Below are positions 1 through 11,891 of a DNA stretch of 64,000 nucleotides, in pieces. Origin of the DNA: Lepidodermella squamata. Its lineage: Eukaryota > Animalia > Gastrotricha. Within the stretch, counting starts at the first letter, position 1. Each line of letters begins with the position of its first letter. The stretch spans positions 806,001 through 870,000 of the forward strand of contig JBLDXI010000036.1 of assembly GCA_047495785.1 (NCBI GenBank), written 5' to 3'. The notes beneath the pieces are model-generated. The model saw nothing but the letters and a program-made list of their open reading frames with translations. It did no database searches and had not been told where the DNA came from. The translations under genes and the position numbers were made by a program.

Positions 1-566
1 GTATGCACATAATATTCTTAATTTCCGAAAATTCCGATATTTTTTCGATGTAGGAAATAATAACGGACTGTGCTCTCGGAATTGTAAACGCTTTTGTGCC
101 GAAAATCGACTCTAACAAGGTAACGTAGTATATCTTGGAGAACAAATGAAATTTCAATTTATTTTTCCAGGAAATACGGAACACTCTTGCGAAAGCTTTA
201 GCCGCGATGCGATTTTTCAAATTGAAATTCAAACGAAAATGATTCACAGTAAGAAAATGTCGCGAGTCTACTCCACCGGTGTGAATCTTATATTTATTGT
301 ACCGGTGAATATTTTTGTATCGTGTTTACCGTCTTTAAAGACGATGCACTTCCCCGTCATGTTTGCAAATAAATTTGAGCTTGTGAGTCATGAAAAACGC
401 CAGCTGGAATTCAGTTATCATCCGGGGATTTAGTCGTAGGATGGGCGAGATCGGGCCTGGATCGGGGATTCATTGGTATTTCAGCTGTCGATGTTACCCT
501 ATATAACTAACGGACGAAGTGAGGTGTATTCGTACTGCACTTCAATTTTATCTGTTAAAAACTAAC

Positions 567-800
567 ATGAAGCTGATCATTTTTTGGTTTTTCGTCGTAA
601 TATCACTCGCTCTGTGCTGCTTCGGCAAGCCGCTGGAAACCGAGCGAGTTGTTAGCGATTTGGGCGAATGCGAGGAGTTTTGCTTACGTATTGGAATTGT
701 CGATGGCGCGGCGATGCACGGCGTCACCAGCAAACTGCAATCGGGCCATGGGATGCTATGCAATTGCATACCTGCTGCCGATCAAACATCCAGCGAATAA
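567..800 (+). CDS. Small secreted Cys peptide precursor (signal, short pro-segment, CxxxC...CxC)
   Basis: ATG 567: MKLIIFWFFVVISLALCCFG signal, KPLETER, then ECEEFC...LCNC. TATA-like tatataa ~500, AATAAA 849-854. Confidence 0.7.
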   Translation: MKLIIFWFFVVISLALCCFGKPLETERVVSDLGECEEFCLRIGIVDGAAMHGVTSKLQSGHGMLCNCIPAADQTSSE

Positions 801-956
801 CTTTGTGATTTTTCACTAACATAACCTCAGATTCATTTATTGCTATGTAATAAACTTGGATACTTTCTAATCATATTTTTGATATCCTTGCTGTTGAAGA
901 TGTGCGAGTTTTGAGAAGGAAAACTGTTCTGCTCGAACTGAGCTGCATGAATTGAC

Positions 957-1109
957 CGGTGCGCGAAGTAGGATCCTCGAACTAGGATGTATTTTCGGGC
1001 CCCCATTCTATGACCAAAGGGTCCCCCCTGTAGGTTTTTGGGGTTTTTTCACCTTGACCTGCCGAACTGGGGGGTACGTTACCCCTCATTCCCCCGTACT
1101 TGCGCCCTG
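957..1109. mobile_element. Short MITE, hAT-like termini
   Basis: Imperfect TIRs (cggtgcgcgaagta / revcomp cagggcgcaagta); 8-bp flanks gaattgac / gaaaggac match 6/8. Related copies at ~3020-3110, 4186-4345, ~19070-19184, ~30645-30710, ~45950-46025, ~54550-54645. Confidence 0.65.
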
Positions 1110-1336
1110 GAAAGGACCAACATTGCTCTTTGATGGGCATGGAATGGGACGAAAAATGATTACTAATTCTTGAGAAATGATGAAAAAAACCTGAATCAAT
1201 GCTACAGGCGTATATTCCCCCAAGAATAAATTATTTAAGTTGAAAATATTCTGGGATAATCCTCCTTAATCCTTATGTCTGTAGCCTGCATTGCAACCCA
1301 AATTCTTTCCATAATTTTTCCTGATTTACGGAAATT

Positions 1337-1525
1337 ATGAGAATTTTCTGGATTTTACTTACGTTCTGCCTAATTTCGGTCGCTGTGGGATGCTTCCCCC
1401 CTTTCAGAAGACGGCGACCCAGGTCAGAGAAAAGTGGCACTCGGGATGATGGCATCTTTGAAATGTCGAAACAGCCTCCGCAAAAGTCGGATCAAAATGC
1501 TTGGGCCTACTGGGGAGTTCAATGA
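1337..1525 (+). CDS. Small secreted Arg-rich peptide precursor
   Basis: MRIFWILLTFCLISVAVG signal, then CFPPFRRRRPR...NAWAYWGVQ; AATAAA 1618-1623. Confidence 0.6.
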   Translation: MRIFWILLTFCLISVAVGCFPPFRRRRPRSEKSGTRDDGIFEMSKQPPQKSDQNAWAYWGVQ

Positions 1526-2394
1526 AATAATGATTTTAGCCCTGCACTAGACTAGTACAACACAAACTGTGCACACGTAATGAACTAACTATATTATGGA
1601 ACTATAGATTTCTGTAAAATAAATTTGCGTTTCAAACATTTTTCCTGATAAATAAATTTTCTGTCCTATCAACAGTTTCAACTTTAATTAAGATTTAACA
1701 GAATGAAAGAGGCGTGTTTGCACAAAAATGTTGCATTTTTCCGTCCGGTGTCCGATGTTACGGTTTCAAGGTAAACAAGAATTTCGGAAACCAGCTGATA
1801 TAACACACAAGCGCATGGTGCAGAGCTCAATTTCGAAGACATCTCTACGAAATCCGCCAGGGGTTATAATAAAATTGGAAATTATTGATGATACTACATC
1901 CGGAATGAAAGCTTTGACTTGGTAAAACTATAAAACCGTGAATAGGCAGTGGGCTAATACATTTGTGCTCGATCTACGGTAATAACATTACCGCGAGACT
2001 AAGAAAATATAACTCAATCTCTGACTCAGCTATGCGGGATATTTGATATAGTAAGGCGCCGTGATTTGGCAAGAAAAGTTTATACATTCCATAGTAAAAT
2101 GTACGATCATCATTGGCTGTATTAGAAGGTGAGAAATCCTACGATATATCACAGATAAACGGGCATTTCGCGAGATCAAGAGACAGTACACCTATTCTCA
2201 GTACACAACAACAGCGGGCTAACATATTAGATGCGTTGGTTGAAGTCATTTTCATCGAAATCTTGATGAGCAAATGTTTTAATCAACCTGCTAAGGGCTA
2301 CTCAATCAAATTGATTGGCTGCTTCATTGAGTAAACACTATACTTCATCGAAGCCGGGGACACAACACAGACACAAAACAGACACGCCCGAGCT

Positions 2395-3960
2395 ATGATT
2401 TCACGATCGAATTTCTCTACTCAACTGAATGGCGCGTGGATTCTCGCTAAGTTCGATGATCTTGGCTCAACAACACATCGGCCCTACTTCATCGGCTGGT
2501 TTCACGACCTTGACTCGAAATCGCCTATCGATCGTCTAGCCTACGCCTTACCCATAGCTCTCGCCACAATTCTCTCATGCATAGCTGCGATTTACAACAT
2601 TGTCAGCTATTGGAAACGAGGTGTGAAACGCGGGTTCCTTCTATTGACTATCGTTTTCGATCTCAGGTGTTTCGTCTATGCCACGTCTTTTTCAATCGCT
2701 ATGCTGTCGACAGTCAGCGATGGCCAATGGCATTTGGGCAACGAATTTTGCGCATTCACGCTGTGGACCCTTTTCGCGCTAACTCCGTTCGGTGGAGTTG
2801 TCAACTTGGTTATCAGCTATGAGCGATGGCTTTGCGTTTCCTCAAGCAATCCGAACTACGTTATGAGCACTAAAAGAGTAAGACATAGGCAGTGTGAGTT
2901 GGAACATCCGAATCCACTATAATCCCTATTGGCTGGGTTGATTGGTCGATTTTCCAGCTTCTCCAAAATCTTCCGAAGAAATTATAGTCCCAACCCGAGA
3001 TTCTGGCTAGAAACCCCATAGAAACCCCAGGGGAACCCTTTGGTACAACAATTCTAGGTCGGAAATACCAGAGAATCGAGAATAGCCTATAGTTCGAGGA
3101 TCCTAATTCGTAAAATGCCATCAAAGGTCCGACACGTTTCCACTCTCTGCGCGGATTAGGATCTTTGTGCTAGGGCGCCTTTTCAGGCCCGAATTTCACG
3201 ATGAGAGGCCCCGTGGGGTTTCCTTGTGAATTGAGGGTTCCATATCAGAATATACCCCCAATGCTCCATTTTCATCCATTTCCATTCCATTTTTTTCATC
3301 CAGATTTTTCTCATGCTAGCAGCTGCTTTCGTGATGAGCTGTATAACTCCAACAGCTTTGACCTACTATCCGGTGAGGAGCTTCAGCGTGCGAACTCTCA
3401 AGATCCTCTCCCATCCAAACAGCAACCTAACCCGTACGATGGCTATTTGCAGCAATTTCGACTACTCCCTTACTGATTCGATCGATACTTCCCTCGTCAT
3501 GTTTGTCCTAACTCTCACGCTAACTATATGCAACATGACTCTGCTGTGTCGAAATTACTGGAAAATCTATCATTTAGTCCGACGAACCGGCGCAACCTCG
3601 AACGGGTCGTCCTTAAATAGCTCTAGCGAAGCTATGAAAGCTGCCTGGCGATCTAGGGAAGTTTTCATCGCCAACCAATCACTGGCTTCAATTGCTCTCC
3701 TAATGGTGTCTAACATGCCCCTGATTGCGACATACATCTTCATTGTTCTGTTCGACTCGATAGGCCCTTACACAGCTTCATCGCCGCTGATAAAAATCAG
3801 TATTTTGATTGTTTTCCTAGAAATGACGGCGTCAGCTCTGCTGAAAAGCATCCAACCCGGTCTGGTTTTGCGAATCAAGCGCCGATGGAACGAGTACTTC
3901 GAGGTTCGTAATCGCGTCCAGCAGTTGATACCTGCTTTGCATACAGGTTGGCAGCGATAA
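2395..3960 (+). CDS. Rhodopsin-class (class A) GPCR, divergent orphan, 2 exons
   Basis: Exons 2395-2877 and 3304-3960 (gtaaga...catccag, phase 0). W-x-x-G-x-x-x-C before TM3, ISYERW at the DRY position, seven hydrophobic segments across both exons. Confidence 0.8.
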
Positions 3961-4185
3961 ATGACAAATTGAGAAATCAGTTTGTCCATCCTATACACTT
4001 AATCATTGAAAGAGATGAATAAAGTAAAAGTAAATGGCAGGCTTATTGGTGAAATGATGAGCTAACATGGTAAGCCTTTGGTACTGGACTGTCGACCTCA
4101 TCCCTATTCACTTCAAGGGGATATTAGGTATGATCACTTCTCGGATCCCAAAAGCCAGAATCCTGAAGATTAGGACTCGCCTGAT

Positions 4186-4345
4186 CAATGCGCGAAGTAG
4201 GATCCTCGAACTATGGGGTATTTTCGGGCCCCAATCTTATGACTAAAGGGTCCCCTGTGGTTTCTGGAGGTTTTTCCACTTTGGCCTGCCGAATTGGGAG
4301 GAGGGGAAAGGGGGGGGGGGGGGGGGTACATTCCCCCACCCCCTC
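4186..4345. mobile_element. MITE copy (957-1109 family) with expanded poly-G run
   Basis: Shares cgcgaagtaggatcctcgaacta...ttttcgggcccc...aaagggtcccc; G-run 4310-4326. Confidence 0.6.
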
Positions 4346-4538
4346 GATGCTCCTCGGCTGGGATCCAGAAAAAGTAGCAGCTCCAGAATCCTACTTTGCA
4401 GTCGTGAGGATTTCCGGGCTTTCTAGCTTTAATCTTATTTGGAACTCTGAGCAATGGGTTTCAATACTAGAGATAAAAACTGTCCTTCACCTGAGAATCT
4501 ATACTTTATTACTTTATTGCAAATTTCGAAGTTCCGCC

Positions 4539-7004
4539 TCAGCGTAACTGATTAAAAGACTGATGATACGGGCGATGCGATTCACGCAAATTAAAAGAAC
4601 CATGCTCACGCATTGTTTCAACGGACGCCGGCCATTTTCGCGTTACAACCGGGTAGAAAATTGCTAAGAAGGTAACAGCCGAATAAATCAGCTCGCCACA
4701 AGCTATCGCAACGATCTGGCTGTTCCATTCCCTCAAAACAAGGACGATGAGAACAATCGCCGCAAATAGAGTGGCCGTGTTAAAAGTCGCTAGTCGTGTT
4801 GTTAGAAAATCGCGGACGTGCGTCGGCGGCTTTGCAAACGTCCTCAGCTCATACATGTGATAGCAACTGACGGAAATCATGGCAAAGTTTAGCGCGGCAA
4901 AAGCAGCTACCCAATAGATCATGCTATCAGATCCGCACTTATCAGTAGCAATTTCGAAGTAAACATCTCGCTCAGGGTCGAATTGCAAGGCTGAGGCCTC
5001 ACTTATCAACTCGAGGGGTTCAATTAGCAGCCAAATTATCAGCACGGCCGTAGTGAGCAGACAAATCGATAGGCAAAGCGTTGCAGTTTTCGAGAAAACT
5101 TGATTCTGGTTCAGTTTAGCCACCCTTGGCGTCCGTGATCGACCTAGATTGAGCCGCCTGTTGAGCATGCTCAGCTTTGTCGATCTTGACGGGGTTTTCC
5201 ATTTCTTTTTCGACTCGCTGCTGTAGACAGCGACTGTCGATGGCAAAAGGTCAATCCCACTCACCTCAAGCCATCGCGCAGCTGCGTGGTGAAGGAAAGG
5301 GGCGAAGGTGAAAGATCGAGCCAAAAAGACTGAACTGATCAAAGTGAGGCCAATTACAGGTAAAACTACAACCCAGGGGCAGATTTCTTCGCTGGGAGCT
5401 GAAATATGAACTATCGCCGCTATGTTAAGGATGAGACACCCTGCTGCTATGATTACGGCTATTCTAAGGTCGAACTGGATCTGCAAATCAGGATCTCTGA
5501 TAGTATAAGTCTTTCGATAATAGATTCCCATCGAAACTATGATAAACTGAAGAGCGATAGATATTGAAGATAGAACTATGATTGGCAAAGTCACGCTTTG
5601 TCCGAGGTTTCCATCGACAGTTTCGACCTTCGACAAATCTTTCGGTGGCTGGCCGGTGTTCGTTAACCAAATCGGATCTGGGGAATCGGGGCTGAACTTT
5701 TCAATGGCGTAACTCGATACCGTGACATTTCCAGGTCGTGCAAGGTAAATATTCATCAAATTCACGAAACGGCGATCTATCCATTGGGTGACTGATTGAT
5801 TTTCATTGTCGATTTCAAGCCGGGGCGACATAGATAACCTACCCATTCTCAACCCGATAGCCTCAAGTTTCGATGAAGTTTCATTCACGATTCGCTGGAT
5901 GACTTTAGGTTTAGATGAAAAATCACTTAAGGTAAGATTCATCCCGTTCAAAACAGATTCAGATTTGTTGAGAGTTATCGCTGCAGACATCATAGAATCG
6001 TGGCAAAGTAACCTCGCGACGTAATCAACTTGAGATTTTGACTGGTTTCTGAAAGTAACGTCTAGCCGTCTTTCGAATTCCGCCGAATTGTACCCTAAAC
6101 TCGTTTGTCCTGTGAAGACCCCGCCAAAAAGCTTTGTAATCGCTATCCAGTACGTGATTTTAAGTTGTTCTTCAACCTGTTCCTGCGTGCATTCTTTCGG
6201 AAACGAGCTCAACGCGCTGTTTGCAACGAAAAAGCACTGGTAAGGTAGTACGAAGGCGTAGTTCGGAGCTCGAATTCCCGCTCGGTATGCGTCACACAGA
6301 AGATTCCCGCACCACGCCCCCTGCGATAGAACGAAAACAAAAACTCTAGCGTCACTAGCCTTAAGATCCAGGGCAAAATCGAGACCGAAGTTCATCACAG
6401 CGCTGAATTTCACGACCTGAATTCCGTTATTTGTAGATAGGCTAAGCAAAGACCGAGCGACTAGGTAGTCATTCGTTGTAATGGCTGAGGTTACAATTCC
6501 GATTTGGCTCCACTTCCCGATTGTTTTGATGAAATTTATCAGACCGATATTCGTATTTTCCATCGGCATTTGGATTCGATAGATGTTGGAATACAACGAT
6601 CGCTGGGCTATGAAGCCTGGCGCGGTGCAGCCATGCGTGAACATCGTGAGAAAATTCGCTTTCGCCGCTACGGCTACATTACCGCAGCCTGTGCTTGGCC
6701 CGACAACTATCGGAGCGATAGAGGATGAAGTCGAGTTTGAGAGGAAGTTCGCGAAGCTTGCTGCTGATTTTGTAGCTAGATAACCTTCGTCACCAACAGC
6801 CATTGTTAGCTCGTAACTCGGTAGAATATCAGCTCGGGAGTTGACTTCATCTATAACGATTTGCATCGAAGCTTGGCAAACAGCTGATGTGGACGGCTCC
6901 TGGCCTGTTTTCGCTAACAAAGTGAGTATCGAAAGCTGTTTTGGCTTAAGAAGCCCTGAAGCTACGCCAAGCGATACTGTCAAAAGTAATACGCTTAAAT
7001 TCAT
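4539..7004 (-). CDS. Class C GPCR, GABA-B-type architecture (Venus flytrap + 7TM), intronless
   Basis: 821 aa; signal peptide; EVNSRADILPSYEL and IVVGP ANF-receptor motifs; no Cys-rich domain; C-terminal 7TM including LIIWLLIEPL...C. Confidence 0.85.
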   Translation of the reverse strand: MNLSVLLLTVSLGVASGLLKPKQLSILTLLAKTGQEPSTSAVCQASMQIVIDEVNSRADILPSYELTMAVGDEGYLATKSAASFANFLSNSTSSSIAPIVVGPSTGCGNVAVAAKANFLTMFTHGCTAPGFIAQRSLYSNIYRIQMPMENTNIGLINFIKTIGKWSQIGIVTSAITTNDYLVARSLLSLSTNNGIQVVKFSAVMNFGLDFALDLKASDARVFVFVLSQGAWCGNLLCDAYRAGIRAPNYAFVLPYQCFFVANSALSSFPKECTQEQVEEQLKITYWIAITKLFGGVFTGQTSLGYNSAEFERRLDVTFRNQSKSQVDYVARLLCHDSMMSAAITLNKSESVLNGMNLTLSDFSSKPKVIQRIVNETSSKLEAIGLRMGRLSMSPRLEIDNENQSVTQWIDRRFVNLMNIYLARPGNVTVSSYAIEKFSPDSPDPIWLTNTGQPPKDLSKVETVDGNLGQSVTLPIIVLSSISIALQFIIVSMGIYYRKTYTIRDPDLQIQFDLRIAVIIAAGCLILNIAAIVHISAPSEEICPWVVVLPVIGLTLISSVFLARSFTFAPFLHHAAARWLEVSGIDLLPSTVAVYSSESKKKWKTPSRSTKLSMLNRRLNLGRSRTPRVAKLNQNQVFSKTATLCLSICLLTTAVLIIWLLIEPLELISEASALQFDPERDVYFEIATDKCGSDSMIYWVAAFAALNFAMISVSCYHMYELRTFAKPPTHVRDFLTTRLATFNTATLFAAIVLIVLVLREWNSQIVAIACGELIYSAVTFLAIFYPVVTRKWPASVETMREHGSFNLRESHRPYHQSFNQLR

Positions 7005-7221
7005 TTTTAGTAACGAATCTAGAAGTGACTTTCGAATTGAATTTATCTAAAGCTCTAGATGTGAAATTCGATATTTCGTATCGGCTTCCTTCCTCACGCA
7101 GGAAGAACATGATGTTTTCAAGAATTGCACACGTGGTTCAATTCGATTTCCGCAAACGGACCTAAGATAAGAAAACCGTGATCCAAAGTGGATCGAAAAA
7201 TATGTGCTTTTATTCAATGAA

Positions 7222-9589
7222 TCACGCTCCACGCATCAGTCCGATGATAGGCGACTCAAACGCGACAGAAAACACGGTTGATACAATGAAAGTTGATACA
7301 AGTGTACCCAAAAAGCCGTAAATCGCTGTCAAATCAGTAAGATGAATAGGGCGACGAGCTGATTGAATGAAGTACATCAAAACCAAAGGATGAATAAGAT
7401 ACGCAGCATAGGACAGACGAGCGGGTAGTGCCCAGACCCGCCAGTTAAGCATCCAACCTATAATCCCGGCCTTATTCAAGGCACAAGCGATTACAATCCA
7501 GCCTAAAGCTACGCCCCAGGCAGTTCTTGCAAAGGCGTTGAAGATGCAGTCAACCCAAATAGGGTCTATCCTATACCCAAGATACTGCCCATGAGGTCCG
7601 TAGATTCCTGCGCCAATCGTGGTTAAACAGATTGCCCAGCCTAAGATTTGAAGCCACTTACTACGGAAAATTTTGTCTAGGATAGCCCGATGTTTCACGA
7701 GCACGTGGCAAATCATTACCCCTGCGATATAAGGCCCTAATCTCGTGTACGGTTTGACGTAGTAAATCTCATACTGGCGAACATAGTCTTTCGGCTCTTC
7801 GTTGAATTCAATCAAAAGATCTTGGTAGTCATTGGGGGCGACATTGACAGCCGGTAGTCGGTAGATTGCGGTTAAAACTGCTGAGCTAACCATTTGAATG
7901 ACTAAAAGGGTCCAGCTTAACCCCCAGCCGTAAACCGGCCATTTCTTGAAGGCGAAAACGATGAAGGGTAAGATTATGAATAGCTGCATGTCTACGGCTA
8001 GGTACCAAGACCAGCCTACGCAGGGTCTGATGAGGCGGTAGAAATTGTTGATGTACAGAATGTTGGACCACCAGTTTTCTTCACAGGGTCCGTCATTACC
8101 CTGGAAGTAGAACGGGCCGTTGCCTATATAAGCCCAAAGGCCGATATCTATCAAAATCATAGCGACGTAGGGTGGGGTAAGTCTGATGTAGCGGTACAGA
8201 TAAATGATTGGCAACGAGCCAAAAAATTTACAGGTCTCGGCTGAAATTTTGCGACATAGCGACCAGTAACCCAAAAAGCCGGAGAGGAAGAAAAATGAAT
8301 CTACAGAGAAGTAGCCGTTGATTATAAACATATTGGTCCAGTAGTATGAAAGGTAATTGATTTCAGTTAAATTGTCTATATCTGTTATATGGTACAGGTA
8401 CCAATGAGCTAGGATGACCCAGAACAAACTCAAAGATCGTATAGCGTTGATAGAGGAGAAATTTGGCTGGTAGGAAGCCAATTTGGGCAAAGGTTCACGG
8501 TCTTCGGGCGGAATTTTCAGCAGCTTCTCCAGGTTCGTCAAGGGGGAGAAACATATTAGAAGATCGGAAAAATGACTCCTGATAGTAAGCTTCTTGTCAT
8601 CGGGAATCTTTTCGTTTTTTTCCGGCTTCGGCGTGAATCTTCGGATCAGGTCGACGATGAAACCACACAGCAAGAGAAATCCAACCACAGATAAGCAAGT
8701 TCTGTAAAGAAAAAAGACCAAATAACTAACCTTTCTCAAAACTTGTAGAATTACTCAAAATACATTTTAAAAATTGTGAAATTCTAGAATAGTGAAATTC
8801 AAAAAATTTAAGAATTCGAGTAATGTCCTTTTTTAATTAAAATAGAAAATATTGAATTATTGTATAATTTCTTCCATATTTTTCTCGCTAAATCTCTCGT
8901 AACTTACATTGCGACATAGGTTGACGTTCTCAGTGGTATTTCTTGCTTTTGACAGTACGTCAATCCCGCCTCTGGCCCCATGTTCAACGGCTGTAGTACT
9001 GCAGTTAGAATTGCGTTCAAGCTCTCTTCATCGCATCTTGTTGATGCGCACATTCCAATGTAGAGACCCTCTGTCAGCTGCCACATTTGGTCGTTGATGT
9101 ACTCTGGCGCATCGATCCGACCTACAGCGAAATAGCAGTAATTCGGGGCGAGCTCGGTCTTGAAGGGAGGTCGTTGCATTGGTGGAATACTCTGGCATTG
9201 GTCGAAGTCCCCGTACCACCTAAGAGCACCAGAATTCATTCCAGAAGGTTTCTGGCCAGTAGAATCCTTATCTGAAATTTCAGTAATATTGTAGGATTTT
9301 TCAAATCGAACCTCGAAAATTTACAATTTTTCACCACTGGGAACTTGGTCTCATTCGCGGTCAAGACCCATCGGATATCTTGAAAGCATTCGGTTGCTGA
9401 ATCCCGAACCTGCCCATTGTAATTCGATATCAAATCGAACACTGTGTGCCAATCGATGTCAAAAGCGCGGTTATTCCTTTCACTTGAAAGACGGTTCAAG
9501 GCTTGAAAATAGGACGTACTGGGTGATAAATCATCATGCCCACCAGCCAAAATAGCTAACGGGAAAAACGCAAACCTTATCCAGAGCAT
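7222..9589 (-). CDS. NRF-6 / nose-resistant-to-fluoxetine-like O-acyltransferase, 3 exons
   Basis: Exons 9589-9325, 9271-8908, 8701-7222 splice in frame. NRF domain DSTGQKPSG...WYGDFDQC; acyltransferase-3 motifs SVDSFFFLSG, YRYIRLTP, WSWYLAVDMQ, RLSYAAYLIHP. Confidence 0.9.
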
Positions 9590-9851
9590 ATTTGTGATAC
9601 TAAGCGGAATTTTTCCCTAGGTTCTCCATAGTTTCCCGTTTTATCGCTACCCATGAACCCAGAGTAAGTACTAATTAATTGAGATAACGAGAGCAATTAT
9701 AACCGTGGGAAAATGATATTGCGATAAGTTGAGTTCTTAACCTCAATGAGTTGTGAGTCACACTTTTGGGCATGTTTTGAATTCAAATTAGGATTTTAGA
9801 AATGCGAGACTATCGGATCATGAAGTTTTTGGAAGACTTTATTCCGAAACT

Positions 9852-10157
9852 ATGGCCAACAGTTCTGTACTCATTTCTGTATCCCTTCTGCTTCTGATTG
9901 AGCTGGCTCTCGGTTGCTGGCCCGGCTACAACGATTTCGGCATTTCTTGTCCAGAAGGTTGTGAGTACAATGCGAACAAGGACGTTTGCAACTGCCCGGA
10001 TGATGTGAGCCGAATCCTAATGGCCCGGCCTGTATGCAAGCCAAACTGCTCTTGGTCGCCAAGTCTGGGCCGCTGTAAATGCAACGTTGCACCTGGGCGC
10101 TGCCGTCCGCCTTGTTGGTGGAGCGCTACTGAATGGCAATGCATTTGCCAAAGATGA
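9852..10157 (+). CDS. Secreted Cys-rich peptide with three C-x3-C-x-[WY]-x6-C-x-C modules
   Basis: Signal peptide; CPEGCEYNANKDVCNC, CKPNCSWSPSLGRCKC, CRPPCWWSATEWQCIC. Confidence 0.8.
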   Translation: MANSSVLISVSLLLLIELALGCWPGYNDFGISCPEGCEYNANKDVCNCPDDVSRILMARPVCKPNCSWSPSLGRCKCNVAPGRCRPPCWWSATEWQCICQR

Positions 10158-10666
10158 GAAGCCCTGAATATAAATAACCGCTTTTTCATCCTGAAAGTCT
10201 TCATCAAACTAAACTATAGCCTATGAAATATCGGAAACTCCTGCAAACTGAATAAAAAGGCTTTCAGTTCAAATCCAGTTTTGGTGGATTTTGGTATCAA
10301 TCATGATTGAGTTTACTGAGATTTACGCTCAAGTCAGCAAATTTTGAAAAGTCCTCTTGGACGTAGGTATTCCTTGATCCTTGACATTGACACGATTTCT
10401 GAACCGTTGCCATCAGATGACAGAGAAAGGGCGGTCTCTGAGAGATGGCAGATCGATTAAAGTCCTCAATCGCCAAAATTCTAAAAGTTCGCAATGCTAT
10501 AGCGATTCCCGCGTTTTTTCAGCTTTGAATTACTAATCCCTCATTTTTCATTTCTGATTCTAATACTATTATGAGGCATATCATGATGCTAGTCACGCTT
10601 CGTGGTTGATTAAATTTACCATGCTTATACACCCAGACGCCCGTTTTTGTTAAGCTGTGAACACAA

Positions 10667-10984
10667 ATGAATTTCTTGCTTTTCCAACTTTGTTTTGCCG
10701 CTGTGGTCGTCAACGTGGCGATTTGTCAATACGACTACGGCAACAATTTGAATTACAACATCGAGTATGGCGCCGCGCGGTGTGCGAATGGCTGCACGTG
10801 GTTCATTGACACTGGCAAATGCGACTGTTCCGCCTTGCCGCAAACTAGCCGATTTGCGGGCCGACGTCGACCCGTCATTAAGGGGTGGCGGGGCCCTCCT
10901 CCAGGCGGCTGTCGTCCTAAGGGCTGCCTATGGTCGACCGTGAATGCCAGGTGCATGTGCGGAAGATTCATCAGCAGCTACTAG
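10667..10984 (+). CDS. Secreted Cys-rich peptide, two modules, paralog of 9852-10157
   Basis: Signal peptide; CANGCTWFIDTGKCDC, basic linker GRRRP, CRPKGCLWSTVNARCMC; AATAAA at ~10994. Confidence 0.8.
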   Translation: MNFLLFQLCFAAVVVNVAICQYDYGNNLNYNIEYGAARCANGCTWFIDTGKCDCSALPQTSRFAGRRRPVIKGWRGPPPGGCRPKGCLWSTVNARCMCGRFISSY

Positions 10985-11530
10985 ATCTTCGGTAATAAAT
11001 AAAACGGCATCGCTGACCTTCATCTTGATGCGAGGACTGAAATGATCTAAACCGGCAAAGCTGTGTTTAACATTGAACGTTAATATGTTGTCGCAAACCA
11101 CATAAAGCCAGATTTTTCAGCTTGAAAGCCATTCGAGTTTCTACATATTGCCAGTTCCGGTTTCATTTACGCTTTCCATTCGAATTGCGACGAATCCACG
11201 GCGAGACTGGACTAAGCGATATCCCGTTGAAGCCGCGCAAATACTTGAAGGGAATGTGCGAACGCGAATGCCCAGTTGAAAATCCAACACACCCACACAC
11301 AACCATAGGCTCCGTATAGAGGAATTATGAATATTTCTGAAATATTCTTTGCCGCCTCAGGAGATACATGGACTGAAAAGTAATTTTGAATAACGCGAAT
11401 AATTAAGGGCAATAATTACGCAAACGTGGTACTCATACATTTCAGCAGCCGTTTCCAGATTGTCACGTGACATCGCTCTGCATGTGATAGATTGCAGCAA
11501 TCACCTCATCACTTTCCTCTCCGGCCTCAT

Positions 11531-11891
11531 TTAATGATCTGCTGGTCCGCAATATTTCACTTTTACAGCACTTTTGGCCGTCCGCCACCCCCATACGCCT
11601 TTGCCTCCACTTAGTCTGGTGCATTCCTCACTGGCCTCTTCCTCCGGTTGCCATTCTGCTTCGCGACCATGACCTTTGGGGAAGCAAACTGTGCTCGTCT
11701 TGCCTTTGATTGTGATTGTTTTCCACTCGCCAGGCCAGCCCTTTCCATCAAAGCATGCACCACCGCCAGCCACTGCAGCAACTAGATTAGCCTGTTAGAT
11801 AAAACTTGAAATCAATGGAGAATTATCTCTTGCATGCAAATTGTATCTTACGAATTACGAAAGGAGCAATGATTAAAACAAGCTTAGCCGT
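11531..11891 (-). pseudogene. MAKL-family peptide precursor A; start codon is ACG
   Basis: Exons 11891-11859 ((T)AKLVLIIAPF) and 11791-11531 (ANLVAVAGGGACFDGKGWPGEWKTITIKGKTSTVCFPKGHGREAEWQPEEEASEECTRLSGGKGVWGWRTAKSAVKVKYCGPADH*). Family 5'UTR (ctcgaaacat) and 3' hairpin present. Confidence 0.7.

Noticed and set aside
4300-4345. Functional G-quadruplex
   Set aside because: Poly-G expansion inside a MITE copy; other copies have short G runs.
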